From NCBI GenBank assembly GCA_028023455.1, contig JAQFVV010000008.1, positions 14,260,001 to 14,324,000 on the forward strand: 64,000 nucleotides of DNA, read 5' to 3'. The position numbers and the translations under genes are program-made. The notes below the pieces were generated by a model. It made no database searches. It saw only the letters and a program-made list of their open reading frames with translations, and was not told the DNA's origin. Shown here piece by piece: positions 48,179 through 62,374 of this stretch; position 1 is the first letter of the stretch, and each line of letters begins with the position of its first letter. Origin of the DNA: Epiperipatus broadwayi. Taxonomy: Eukaryota > Animalia > Onychophora.

Positions 48179-51100
48179 TGGTCCACATTCTCTTAAGGAT
48201 TTAGGGTGAACGCATCTAATTATAGTCTGACCTAGAATCTTCATGTAGGATGCCATGAATGATGCAATAAAAATCTAATCCATGATTGCATCTATTTCAA
48301 ATATGATAATTTAGTATTTAAACATTCAATACAGATACAACTTAGACCAGTTCATCCAATCTTCACTTCTCTTTACTATTCCATTATGCTCAATATTTGA
48401 ACTCAGGATTAATTTTACACTTAACTCTCTTCAGGGGTCAATTGATAACCTGTAGCAATAATAATACTTTTATATAAGTTCAATAGATTCTCAAAATTCA
48501 TTCCAACCAAGTTATCATGATGATAAGTCAGGATGATATGTATATGTGGGTATACGTGTTCAATTTTATTTTATTATGAAAATAAAATAAATCAGAGATC
48601 ACCGTAAATTTAAAATAAATTTAACAATATTTATTGATTGAAAACAATTTAAATTTATCTTTATATAACAAAATTTTTTATTACAAGTGTTTAAATACAT
48701 TTCTGCTATACTAATATATACATTTTAAAATTATACCTTCCCCTATCCCATAGTAGATTTATATAATAGCACAAACAATATTTAATAGATTGCAAAAATA
48801 AAGACATTTTATAATTCCAAAGATTATGATAACACTAATTAACTAAATTTAAATTAAACAAATTAAGTATAAATGAAGACTCTTGTAATATTGAATTCTT
48901 TTGAGGGAATTCCATTTTTAGAAGACCTCCCATCTATGTATAGTCCCTATCATTGAAAGAAAAGACCTTTCATTCAAGGATATTAGTCATTTATACCAAA
49001 TAATAAATAAACAAATATTAATAAATTAATTAACTTAATAATGAACAAGAATTCTGTCACAAGTGAACGAATTTAATATATAGAACAATGAAATCTTACT
49101 CTCATATTAAACTTTGTTGGTCATGTTGCTGCGTAAGAAAGATCTAAATTTTTTATTAAATAAAAAAAAAGTTTAATCCGTGATCTTTTCCCATTTTTCG
49201 TTTAATGATTTTCCAAAGTAGATTATTCCAAAGTAGGCAGGTTTTAAAGGCAAAGGAAATAAAATTAAATATTTATAGATGTTGATATGCAAAAATAATA
49301 TGTTGTATTTAAAGTTTATGGTATTCTATTCATTTTCCAAAATTTAAGTAGCAATGTTCATTATGAATAAAGTTATTTTATTTCCGGTCATCAATCATCG
49401 ATTAGGCAATCAGTATGCTTCATTGTTTTATAAATATTCCTTTTTCATCACATTGACATCCCTTTTCGTAAATTATCTCACTGTAAACCGAAGTTGGATA
49501 TTTAATTACATAGATTATATATATATATTTTAGGCATTTCAGTAGGAATGAATAATTACAGTGCTTTATGTTAGAATAATAGCATTTGATCTTATGACAA
49601 AATGTCTTTACTCACGATGCATTTTCTATAACTTTAAATCTTCTTAAAATAAATTTATTTAGATATATAAATGTGTTTGATGATATTTATCTGCCTTGAA
49701 ATCCAAGTTTAGAATGATATTAAGAATTTCTCTTTAAAGATAATTTCGCTTTTGAAATTATTATTGATGATATTAAAGAGTAATTTATTTACTCTTTACT
49801 TGAGTGATATTAGAGTTCTCTGCTAACGAAGATTTTATAAATAAGGAAAATTCATTCAAACTATTGTTCCACCTTTCTGATGTGTTCGGTATTCAAACAC
49901 ATTAAAATATGTGTAGCGACTAGTTCATTTTTAAAAGATGGAACTGATTTGAAAATTAATTGATTTAGCTTTTATAGTGGAATCGACTTCCAGTAATTAG
50001 CATGTGTTAAATTACTACACCTGAGTCTCGTTTTATGCGATAGATAGGTTTCTCAGAAAACGCGCAAACAAAATCACGCAAAAATAGACGTAACTTACCT
50101 TGAAAAAGGGAGGATACGGACTGTGATTTTTCAAAAATCGCGTAAAAGCAAAGCACCAACGTAAAATTACTTTAAAATTCGCGCAAAAAAAAAAAAAATA
50201 AGGAAATAAAATATGACTAATAAAAATTTTCAAATTTGAAAAAAATTGATACAAGACAAACTTTTTTTAACTATAATATTTAATTTTATTCAAAACAATA
50301 TATTCTTATGCATAATTTACAGTAATTTACATTTTTTTATACACGTTTTAATTGTTACCGCTATTTGCCGTTAAACAGGTTTGTAAACTGGTAAAAAATC
50401 AGATTCTTCACAAGAGGAAATACAACTAGCACCAACGTCACTCATGTTGTGCTAATGGTTTTCTGGTGACAACCTAATTAGCAATTAATCTAACAACTAA
50501 AAATTAAATTCTTATTTTTGTCTTTAATTTTTTAATTTTCAATTTTAATTGTGCCCACTGCTATGAATCACCTTTTAAAAATAAACTTGCGGACACTAAA
50601 TGATTACGTTCTTTTTAAAAAAGCAAAAACAGAATGTGATTTAAAATGCAAAATTAACACGCACAATGTTTGAACAAATTTACATTATAATCTTTTAAAA
50701 TTTAAAGTGTATACATAAAATGTGGAAATCATGATTTTAATTTCATTATTGCATAAAATCTTACTATTATAAAGCACTGAAAATATTGAAATTACTAAGA
50801 TGAAAGTCGAATTCCAATAATGTGCTATTACTTTCAATATGACGTATGTGCGTGAAATTTATTATTTAAAATAATAGCGCATTATCGGAGTTCGACTTCC
50901 GGAAAAATGTGAATCGCGTTAAATAAATCCGTGTAAAAAGAGACCTGGGTGTATTTTATTTCACGATTTTGTATTCGATTATTGTTGAATACCTAATAAT
51001 TAATAATTGCATAATTAAGCTCTAATTTTATTTCCTTCAGATTTAGTTGCTAAGATATTACTTGACTTTAGGTTATCTTTATGTTTTGAGCCTTGTTTAG

Positions 51101-51369
51101 TGATATTAGTTAACTTAATAATTATTTTATACATATATATGAATTATTGAAATCTAATTATTTTAATATAGTTATTTCAGTAAAATAACTATTTGATTTG
51201 ACTTTTATATAATATAATGTTTAAGTTATATACTTGTGCATATGGATGTTTTAATGTAAAAGGATAATGAATTTATTGTTTATTAATTAAAATTATATTT
51301 TTATGTTTATGGTTTGATATTGCACATAAACAAGTAGACTTAATAAGATTGAAAGTTACTCTTACAACT
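48179..51369 (-). repeat. 3' LTR (contains the MITE at 50018-50951)
   Basis: Colinear with 54787-57100 apart from the MITE and small indels. Confidence 0.88.
50018..50951. mobile_element. pogo/Tigger-like (Tc1/mariner) MITE, 934 bp
   Basis: TA|CACCTGAGTCTCGTTTT ... AAAAGAGACCTGGGTG|TA; internal CGCGTAAAA-type repeats; absent from the sister LTR at about 56621. Confidence 0.85.
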
Positions 51370-51639
51370 CCCTTTCCTTTCCGGGTTAAAAATTTCTAAT
51401 ATAAGAAAATTTCAACACTTAAAGTATATATGTGTGTTCTAGTATTATATGTATATTTTTTAATTTAGGTTTATAAAAAGAGTCATACAAATTATTTCAT
51501 ATCCACTCTTTGCGTTACCTATTTTTATATATATATATTACCCTGGATGCTCTCATCATTGAAATGATTATCCCTAGGTTTTTATTTAATGTTGTCTCCA
51601 TTCTTTTTCTATAATTTGCATATGATAGTTATCTAAACT

Positions 51640-52035
51640 TTATGATTGACCAAAATATGGTTTAAGAATGCAGGCATTATATGAACCTTTCATTTTTCCA
51701 TCTATATTTATCCAGAATGCATTTGGACCTGTTTGTTTTATTATAGTAAATGGTCCTTTATATGGATTGTAGAATTTATTGCATTTGTTTTGGAGTTGTT
51801 TATTAAGGTTATGGGTCTTTATAAAAACCTTGTCTCCTATTTTGAATTGGTAGGTATTTTTCTTTCTGTTTTTACTTCTCAGCTCCGATTTATTTATTAA
51901 TCTTTGATATACCTTTTGTATATCATGCTTTATATAAGTGGTTGGATTTAATTGGGGTTGGTAATTTTTAAATAAATTTGGAATTGCTTTATTGAAATGT
52001 AGTTTAATAGGTGTGAATCCAGTAGATTCATTCAC
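51640..52035 (-). pseudogene. Gypsy integrase C-terminal fragment (GPF motif)
   Basis: NESTGFTP..LHF...FKIGDKVFIKTH...KFYNPYKGPFTIIKQTGPNAF...LKPY. Confidence 0.85.
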
Positions 52036-52299
52036 ACTCCAGTTAATATAATTTACTATGTATTTATTATTTTATCATATAATATTATTATGTGGATTAC
52101 TTGCTTTTTATTCTTTTCTCACAAGTGCTTTTCACACAATGTGTCTTTCTCAATATATTGGATGTTATTAGGTCTAATGTACTTAATACAATATTTATTA
52201 TTTATAGAGTTGTATACCAAGAGATAATATGGTAGAAGATCTGGTTATTTATAGCTAAGTTTTATTATAGCTAGCCTATGCATACTTTATGTATAGACC

Positions 52300-54371
52300 T
52301 ATTTAAAGTGCCAATCTGCTCTATAATCTTGAGACTAACTGGATTTTCTCTGGCATCCCTCATCTATGAATGTGACAACTTATGAGTAATCAGACTCCAC
52401 TTCCATGATAATGGTATCCATTCTAAGTTTTTGAAATGAATCCATAATTTATTTATAAGAGTTCATTCCTTAATATATTTTTAGACAAGTTCTTGATTAT
52501 GTTTTCCCCCTCGTTTATGTTTTTATTCTTTGGTTTTTTCAAATGTAATCCTAATAACAATTACATGAATTCATTTATCCTAATAACAATTACATGAATT
52601 AAATGACAAAGAAAGAAAAATTTCATTCTATTTCTCCGTGATATGGTTTCCATATTTTGGTAGTAATTTCGTTTGAGTCCATCTTCATAACAAACTTATT
52701 AATCCTTTGTATTTATACATTCAATGAAAATGAATAAACCCTTGTAAGGTTTGGTAAATGATTTAATCTCCAATTTTTAATTGGTGATTTGGTTTACTTT
52801 TATTTTTATTTTTTAAAAAAATGATTTTAAAAAAAAAATTTGATTATTTTATTTTACGTAATTATATTTCCATATCCAGGGTCATAATCCTTTCAATTCA
52901 TTTTTATTATAAACTTATTAAGCATCTATATTTAATTAATTAATAAACGTAAGTGGGCCTTCGTTATGTATTACATAATTTATGGAATATAGTACCCTTT
53001 TGTTTCTTCGTATCTGTCGTTATAATAATTGTGAGTATTGTCCATCGATTGCTATTTTGATTTGGACAATCATTGCCATTATGGAATGTTTTCAAATATC
53101 TTGATTGATGTTCAAGGTAATTCAGCATAATAGATTCATTTAAAATTTCCCAAACTATATCTTTGTACTTGAGATATTTCTCTACTGGGAGAATAAAGTG
53201 GTATGGAGATCGTTCAACTTGATGGTTATCACTTAGTTTAGGAGTATTATACCTGATAAATATTTCGAGTTTAATTTCTTGATCAACGTCATATACTGGA
53301 GTGGTTCCATATATTTAATCATTTCATTTATCACTGGTATTTTATGTTGGATATCATTATGTTGTGTTTGACATGCATGTTTATTTTGAATCATTTGTAA
53401 TTCAGTAAACTTGAATTTTTGTTTAAATATATCATCCATACGAATTACTTTATTGTGTATTTCTGTCATGCCTTCCTTCAATTTTTCTAATGTGGTATTT
53501 TCCAATACTCTATCATTTTCTATACAAGTTATTTTAATTTCTAACTGTTTGAAATTTTTATCCAACTCTTTCAATGATTCTTCATTAATGTTGCCGAATC
53601 ATTAATTTGTTTCATATAGATTTGATCAATTTTATTTATTTCTTGTAATTCTTTTTACATTTCTGTTTGCGTTTTCTCCTGTTTCTCATCTATTTTATTT
53701 TTAAAAAATTTATCTGGTTCTATATAATTCATTGTATTGAATATTCAATTGATGAATTTATTAGTCTGAAATTCTTTGAATTTCTGTTGACATCTGGTAT
53801 CTTTTTCTTCAACATTTTTTTATATTTCTTCTAAGGCTTGTCTCATCTCAGTATTATCTCTTTGAACATTATTTAGACCTATTGATAACTGTTTGATATC
53901 ATTAAATAATTTATTCTCCAAATTTTTCATTTCCAATTTTAATTCTGATTTAACATTTTCCATATTACTTTTCAAATTTTCTTCTAAATTTTTCATATTA
54001 CTTTTCAAGTTTTCTTTTAAATTATTCATGTTTTGGTTTATTTCTTTTTTCATATTATAATTTGTATTTATAATGGTTTGGAACATTTGTTCTATAGTCA
54101 TGTTATTTGTTGTAGCCTGTGCTATTTCGAGTGTAGTTATTTGAAGACACTTCATCATCGAGTGTAACCTTGGTTTAGGACATCATTCATCAGGAATGGG
54201 TGTTTGTGTAGAGTAGTTACTCTCAGTCATAGTGATTCCTGATAATTGAATCAGTGAAGATCTTTCTTCAATATTTCTAATATCTTCTCCTTTATTAATA
54301 TTAATATTTTGTACTTCTTCACCACGTTTCATTATTGTATTGACTAAGTTTTTTCCACTTCTTGTAATCAT
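52300..54371 (-). pseudogene. Fragmented gag with long N-terminal coiled coil
   Basis: Starts MITRSGK 400 bp after the PBS; coiled-coil ORFs at 53820-54158 and 53233-53574; 11-residue repeats NMNNLKENLKS/NMKNLEENLKS. Confidence 0.7.
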
Positions 54372-54759
54372 GAATTATGTTTTATCTTAGTTATAAGTTT
54401 GTTTATTTCTTATTTACTAAGAGAGATTATTTGTCATAGGATTTCATGCTATATCTTTCCTTTTTAGTATAATTCTAAAACTTTTCCTACCTAATAAAAA
54501 AAAATTTTTTTAGATGTTATTAATTTAATGCCTAATTTAAAATTGTCTTTTAGCGCCTGACTCATCTATTTAATCATTTATTATTTTATTTTAAGGTCTA
54601 TTTATTTTATTATTTATTATTTTAAGAGTTATTGTCTCATTCTTTAATGGTTGAAATTATCTATCGTTGCTATGTGAATCAATTGATCAAGGTTATATTT
54701 CATAAAAATTATTTATAATTTTTTTATTTTTTTTTATGGATGTAGTTTTAATCTATTGA

Positions 54760-54784
54760 TTCAAGTTCCTAAAGTTTGGCACCA
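54760..54784 (-). other. Degenerate primer-binding site, tRNA-Lys(UUU)-like
   Basis: Minus strand tggtgccaaactttaggaacttgaa versus TGGCGCCCGAACAGGGACTTGAA; some differences are CpG transitions. Confidence 0.6.
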
Positions 54785-54786
54785 TA

Positions 54787-57100
54787 TGTACCGGTCACAT
54801 TTTCTTAAGGGATTGAGGGTGAACACATCTAGTTATAGTCGGATCTAGGGTCTTCATGTAGGGTGCCATGAATGATGCGATAAAAATCTAAGCCATGATT
54901 GCATCTATTTCAAATATGATAATTTAATATTGAAACATTCAATACACATACAACTTAGACCAGTTCATCCGATCTTCATCTCTCTTTACTATTCCGTTAT
55001 GCTCAGTATTCGAACTCAGGATTCATTTTACACTTAACTCTCTTCAGGGGTCATATAAGTTCCATAGATTCTCAAAATTCATTCCAACCAAGTTATCATG
55101 ATGTTAAATCAGGATGGTATGTATATATGGGTATCTGTGTTTAATTTTATTTTATTATGAAAATAAAATAAATAATTTAAATAAATCAGAGACCTCCTTA
55201 AATTTAAAATAAATTTTACAATATTTATTAATTGAAAACATTTTAAATGTATCTTTATATAACAAAATTTTTTATTATAAGTGTTTAAATACATTTCTAC
55301 TACATTAATATATACATTTTAAAATTATACCTTCCCTATTTCATAGTGGATATATATCATAGCACAAACAATATTTAATAGATTGCAAAAATAAATAACA
55401 TTTTATAATTCCAAAGATTATGATAACACTAACTAACTAAATTTAAATTAAACAATATAAGTATAAATGAAAACTTTTGTAATATCGAATCCTTTTGAGG
55501 GAATTCCATTTTTATAAGACCTCCCATCTATGTATGGTCCCTATCGTTGAAAGAAAAGACCTTTCATCCAAGGATATTAGTCATTTATACTGAATAATAA
55601 ATAAACAAATATTAATAAATTAATTAACTTAATAATAAACAAGAATTCTGTCATGTCATAAGTGAATGAATTTAATATGAAGAACAATAAAATCTTCCCT
55701 TCATATTAAGTTTAATTATTAATTTGGTCAAATCGCCGCATAAGAAAGACCTAAATTTTATTAAATAAAAAAAATTTAACCCAATGATCTTTTCCCATTT
55801 TTTGTCTAATGATTTTCCAAAATGGATTATTCCAAAGTAGGCAGGTTTTAAAGGCAAAGGAAATAAAATTAAATATTTATAGATGTTGATACGCAAAATA
55901 ATATGATGTCTTTAAAGTTTATGGTATTGTCATATTCTTTTTCCAAAATTTTAAGTAGCAATGTTCATTAGGAATAAAGTTCTTTTATTTCCAGTCATCA
56001 ATCATGATGGGTGAGACAATCAGTATACTTCATTGTTTCATAAATATTCCTCTCGCGTGACGTTGACACCCCTTTCCTTAAATTATCTCGCTGTAAACCG
56101 AAGTTGGATATTGAATTATACAGTTGATATATATTAGGCATTTCAGTAGGAATGAATAATTACACTGCTTTAGATTAGAATAATAGCACTTGATCCTATG
56201 ATAAAATGTCTTTATTCACGATGCATTTTCTATAACTTTAAATCTTCTTAAAATAAATTTATTTAGATATATAAATGTGTTTGATGATATTTATCTTTTT
56301 TGAAATTCAAGTTTAAAACCAAAACATTAAGAATTTCTCTTATTAATATATTAAAAATAATTTCGCTTTTGAAAATATTGATGATATTGAGGAGTAATTT
56401 ATTTACTCTTTACTTGAGTGATATTAGAGTTCTCAGCTAACGAAGATTTTATAAACAATGAAAATTCATCCAAACTATTGATCTATCTTTCTGATGTATT
56501 CAGTATTCAAACACAGCAAAATATGTGTAGTGACTAGTTCATTTGTAAAAGATGGAACTGATTTGAAAATTAGTTGATTTAGTGGAATCAACTTCCAGTA
56601 ATTAGCATATGTTAAATTACTGTTTCATTTCATAATTTTGTATTCGATTATTGTTGAATGCATAATAATTAATAATTGTGTAATTAAGTTCTAATTTTAT
56701 TTCCTTCGCGTTTAGTTGCTAAGATACGACTTGACCTTAAGTTATCTCTATGTTTTGAATCTTGGTTAGTGATATTATTAGTTAACGTAACAATTATTTT
56801 ATACATATATATATGAATGATTGAAAACTAATTATTTTAATATAGTTATTTTATTAAAATAACTATTTATTTGATTTGACTTTTATTATTAACATTTTAT
56901 AATATAACCTTTAAATTATATACGTGTACATATGGGTGTTTTTATAACCGTTAAGTTATATACGTGTACATATGGGTGTTTTAATGTAAAAAGGATAAAG
57001 TATTTATTGTTTATTAATTAAAATTATATTTTTATGTTTATGTCTAGATATTGCACATAAACAAATGGGCTTAATAAGATTGTAAGCTACTCTTACAACA
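54787..57100 (-). repeat. 5' LTR (2314 bp)
   Basis: Minus strand starts TGTTGTAAGAG and ends CCGGTACA; contains an approximately 40-bp tandem duplication at about 56905-56985. Confidence 0.88.
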
Positions 57101-57499
57101 TATATATATATATTAGTAATGAAAATTAAGAAATATAAAGAAAACAAAGAAAGTGCAAAGCAAAATAGAAGCATGATTATAAAAGAAAATGCACCTTGAG
57201 ATGTCAAAGTATCAATTAGAAGATGCTTGTAGTAAATTTTATTCACTTGGACCAAAAGCAGAGTATAACTAAATCAACCCTGAAAAATATGAATATTTTG
57301 TATGACATTATGATATAAGTAACATGATTTAATGAACTTAAAGACCATCAGATAAATGATAGAAATAGTTGGCACAAGGAAATAACATAAATGAAGAATG
57401 TAGTTGGATATTACAAGAGAAGGAAAAACATCCTGGAAAGTGTGGAAGTATACTTGGGGAGGAGTTCTGTATGATAAAAAAAAATTAGTTTTGGAACCA

Positions 57500-58290
57500 G
57501 TAAAAAAAGATTAGAAAATGTGAAGAGAGAGAAGAAACAACAGAATAAGTTCAGAGTTGAAGAGGTGTCGTGGGAAGAAAACTGCTCTGAGATAACATTT
57601 AAAGAACCAAAGATAGTTAAAAGAAGGGGCAAGCACTTGCAAAAAAAAAAACAGGTCTGTTATGATGTTGAGTTTAATAATGGAGAGAATGGAAAAAACA
57701 TTCCAGAAAAATCAGCTAAAATTTTATCAAAGCAAGAAATGATGTGAGAATTTCAGCAAAGCCACCAGAAAATAATAGAGGAGATTCAGAAGAAAATAGG
57801 AGAGAATTATACTAAGATCCAGATAGATGTGACAGAAATTTGAGACAGCATAGGTTAAGTTAAAGAAGAGATGCAGTCAGAAAAAGCAAGAGTGGATAAT
57901 ATAGAAAAGGAAATGAATCAAGTGACAAAAGGATTTGAAGAGAACAAAAATATTCCAGAGGTATTTGAACATCAAATGAGAGTGCAGGAAAAGAACATGA
58001 TTTTCAATAAAAAGAAATTATAGACAGATCAATTACAAGCGGAAAGTATAAATGAAAAATTTAATGATAAATACATTAGTACTAGGGATGAAATAGAAGC
58101 AAAAGAATGTAATCTGAAAAAAAGAAATAATACAAGCATCTATTGAGATAAAGACATCAAGAAAAGAAATGAAGCAATAGAAATCAAATACTGCTATTTT
58201 GAATGTTATGGAAGTAAATTATTTAAAAGAGAATATGAAAATATTAAAAATGAAGAAATAGAATCTCTAAATAAAAAAATAAATTGCAAG
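57500..58290 (+). pseudogene. Decayed Glu/Lys-rich coiled-coil ORF, possibly another gypsy gag N-terminus
   Basis: Purine-rich coding-like stretch: PEIIEEIQKKIGENYTKIQIDVTEI*...EEMQSEKARVDNIEKEMNQV; no diagnostic motif. Confidence 0.3.
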
Positions 58291-60139
58291 CAACAGAGAT
58301 AACTTGGTTTTTCTTTTTTTGCTTCTTTGATTTGTATTGGTTGGTTTATAAGTTAACCTGAGAAAACCCATGTGCAACTAAAGAATCTTTTTTACTATCG
58401 AGAGAAGCTATCATGCATTGTTAGTTCATTCTCAAGAACTTCTGGGTGTATAGGGGATACTGACTGGAATTCTAATTAGAATGAGTCCAACTAAGTGCCA
58501 GCCGTATGCTATCAAATATATTACTGATGTACTCAACAAATAATTGGGGAGCCGATTGTGATATTGGAAACCTGATCATAACTATAGACATTATTTTTAA
58601 AATCTTCAATGAAAGGAAACACTGGATTCTAAAATCTTAATCTCAGCAAGGAATTCCTAAACAGAGCTCTGTAACTGAAATCAAGAAATAGAACTATACG
58701 TATATAAATTCACACTTTGTTTCTTTTGCAGAAGAAACTGTGCTGTCTACTATTCAAAGGTTGTCTAAGATAAGATCTACGAAAACCATCTTAATTTATA
58801 AATTGTATGAATATAAATTAAATTTAAATGAATCTTCTTTTACCTCAAAGCTTATCAAGTTATTAATTTATTTATAACAAATTATATTAATTTATTTCTG
58901 TTTTATTCCACTGTCTTTTCAAGATACCTTTGTATTATAGTTTACTGGTGAGGATTTTGAATCATAGATCTTTACAAAGCTGTAAACTACTACAATAAAG
59001 TCCATCTTATATTTTCAGATCACAAAATTCAGAAGATTCCTTGAAGATATAGTTGACAATTGCAGATAATACTAATATAATAAGAAACAAAACCTGTTGA
59101 ATAAATAAAATTAATTTATTATAAATTTACTAAATACATCAAATAAAATTTATTAGAAATTTATCACCTTATATTTTGAGCATATATCTGGAACAATGCT
59201 CTGTTAGCCACCTTGAATAATACAACCATAATATCTCATTATGATTATATTATGCCTCTGCATACTATAATCTATTAATCAAATACCTTAATAGATACTT
59301 AATTAACCACTTTTAGTTATATAGAATCTTTAATATCATCTGAAGCCAATTATAGATCAATCTTTTTAATGATTTAATAATTTTTAGTGGTTAAAATGAT
59401 AAATCAATTGGCAAGTGTGTAGAAACCAAGTTTGGGATGTGCATTCATATATATATTTTAATTTCAGCAAGTAGGCAACTACAATGCGGATTCCCACAAG
59501 TATTATAATATTCATTATATGTAAGCCTATACTATATTAGTATTTATAGCAATATGCATTTAAGCCAACAGCAAAATATCACCAACATTTATTTTAATAA
59601 TAAGACAGCATATCTTATTTATAAGTACCCAGACTATAGAAACAAAATCATGGTGCAAATAATTAACTATATCCTGAAACGTACTTTAAAATCTAGCAAT
59701 AAGCATGAAAATGATCTCTTCACAGAGTTTATACATCAAATTTTATTATGAAACATGACACATAAAATTATTTGGACTATTTTCTAAATATATATAAATA
59801 CATTGTATTATAATGCATATGTGATATATATAATTATGATAAATTACAAATCTGTTTCATATAATTGACTAGTTAGTTGAGTCTACTTAATTATCTCTAT
59901 ACAAAAGCATCATCTCATTAGCTCAAATGAACAACTATAGTTATTTCCCTCTCTTTTCTTTTCTAAATGAATTATTTATTTGCTGATCATATAAACTATT
60001 TAAATTTAGATAATTCTCAGACATATCTATTCTTGTATTATCTTTATGGTTTATTATTTTAAGCAATCAAATCTTTAAGAGAACGATTTTGCAAGAGTTA
60101 ATCTAAAGATATTAATTTACATTAATCTATACAGATTCT

Positions 60140-61080
60140 ATATGATAGTACAAGAGGAAGGGTTGGGTGGAAAATCTAAGACATTTAAAATGAAAACTGA
60201 TGACAAACAGAAATGTTTACAACAATGGTCTTTGCAACAATTTATAGGCAATTTATTAAAATATGATAGTTTTTAATTGAACAGATTAAAAACAAGAACT
60301 TTATTTTTTTGACTTTTACAATATATTGTGCTATTCTTTTTAACTCAAAGAATGATTTACAGAACGTTTTTAATCTTTTGAATGCAGCTTTTAAAGACTG
60401 GTTTAGTAATTAATTTTCAAAAACTTAATTCCTTGTAAGTCAGTAATGGGTAGAAAAAATCTTCATCTTTTATTTTGGATGGTTCACAATATCAGAATGT
60501 GAATCAATTTAAATATCTTGGTAGTGAACTTGGATGTTAAGATCAATATTGAATATAGGAATGCTTCAACAATATTTAACAGGTTAAAAGTTAAAATATT
60601 TTATCATAGTGATATAACTATTTCAACTAAGTTAATTGTATTATTGTGCAAATTTATTCTTGTAACATAAAGTCATTAGAAAATATTTGTTTAAGATATT
60701 CCATAAGATTATGAAAATACAATGATAAAATTGAAAGATCTGTTGCCATGATTTTCGTTTTGCTCAATGTGATGATAATTATAAGATCATATTTGATACA
60801 CTGAGTATTAGAAGTGAATAAATAGTAACACAGTTTTTAAAAAGGTACTTTCTGGTAAATTTGAAGACGTTAGACTCATTTACATTATAAAATTTACTAG
60901 AGATTTTAAAAAGGTGTAAATCAGATATTCATTGAGAGGATGTGGTTAAGTGTAGAAAATAATGGAACGATAAAATTAGGCAAGATTTGAAGTCTCAGAA
61001 ATTAAGAGACAATTACAAAATTCAAATAGTCAGAATTGGAATATTATTTATGGTTCATGGATAGGTTTGTATAATCACCT
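60140..61080 (+). mobile_element. Decayed RTE-like LINE RT remnant (second family)
   Basis: CAILFNSKNDLQNVFNLLNAAFK/GLVINFQK and NQFKYLGSE. Confidence 0.55.
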
Positions 61081-61149
61081 CAAAACTCATTGTAAGATGT
61101 AGAATAACTATATTTATTTATAGGCAGCTTCTAATGAATGAGTAATAGG

Positions 61150-62350
61150 GATGGATGTTAAAATGTTAATGGTGTGTTAAAAAGGATAAAAATCTTCAAC
61201 GACAATATCTAATTTAAAATATTAGAAGCATTATATGAGTTAATATATTTCTTAGTGACAAACCAAGAAATTAGCAATTTGGAAAATTGGATGACAACTA
61301 ATTTTGGTCTCAGAATTTCAGACGATTACCATCAAGTCATACATGTTTAATCTAGTTTTATTATAATGCCCCTTAAGATCTTATAGCCAAAGTTTTCTGC
61401 ACAGGCTTTTAGGAAATATCTGGGATCATTTTGGAATTTATAGTTATAAAAATTTGACAAGCTGATGATGTGTTTTTTTTGCAATGTTCATTCTAGAGAA
61501 TTAGACTAAACATATCAGTATTATTTAAACTTGTTTATGTTTTATCTAGGATGCTAAAAGACAATGCTAAAATCTGTTTTTCTATGTGAGTGTAAATTTG
61601 AGAATGGTGGGGTAACATGAATTACAATCTTTTAATAATTTTAAATATATATGATAAAGCAACTGTTAATGAAGAGGCCAAATTCAAGCAATCAGTTATT
61701 TTTATCATATTTTTGATGACAATTGTGCCTAAGTAATAATCTATCCTAAGCCCTGTTTGAAGAGGAATGTTTTGTTGAAGTAGGTCATATTGGAGTCAAA
61801 AAGATTTTTTATATGTTGACTCATTTTTATATATTCACTTAAATGACCTTACACTGATGAATTAAATGAATATGTTTGGTTCAAATATTTCAAATCTATT
61901 CATGTCTTTTGAGATATTGAAGTACACTGAAAAATAAAACAAATTTTATTTCTAAGGTAATTGTATGTTGGCTTTGTTAATTTCAATGATTCTCTATTGC
62001 TTACCACAGAAATAAAATGCAAAAATACTTTTGATCTGCACTAATGATTCTAATTTCTTTCTTTGTAGTCAAATAAAGTCTGGAGTGTTAAGTAATGATA
62101 AAGGTGATGAAATTTGCCATTGATAGTTTGATTAAAAGAAACTGATTTCTATAATAATCTGCCAGTTAGAACACATAAAAAAATTTCTGGCAAAGCTATA
62201 GAAATTGGCAGGATTTTCCAGTTAATTTATTGCTATATATTTGATTTTCTAAGTGAAACAGATCCATTGATGCTGAAGAAGTTCTGAACAATTGTTTATT
62301 TCCAAGAATGAATTACAATACCCCTCATTTTTATTACTACATTATCATAT
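61150..62350 (+). mobile_element. Possible CR1/L2-like LINE remnant
   Basis: Weak fragments GFRK, GHILES (GSILGP-like) and HLNDL (YINDL-like) in RT order. Confidence 0.25.
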
Positions 62351-62374
62351 GCCAAAAATAGACATATATAATTG

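Larger units (their letters stand above)
48179..57100 (-). mobile_element. Internally deleted Ty3/Gypsy element with about 2.3-kb LTRs
   Basis: Direct repeats 48179-51369 and 54787-57100, PBS at 54760-54784, PPT at 51370-51381, gag remnants and an integrase C-terminus; flanks CATA/TATA (imperfect TSD). Confidence 0.88.

Noticed and set aside
58690-59100. Possible host exons after ttttgcag (about 58730) and ttttcag (about 59018)
   Set aside because: No V-ATPase B peptide in any frame, and early stops.
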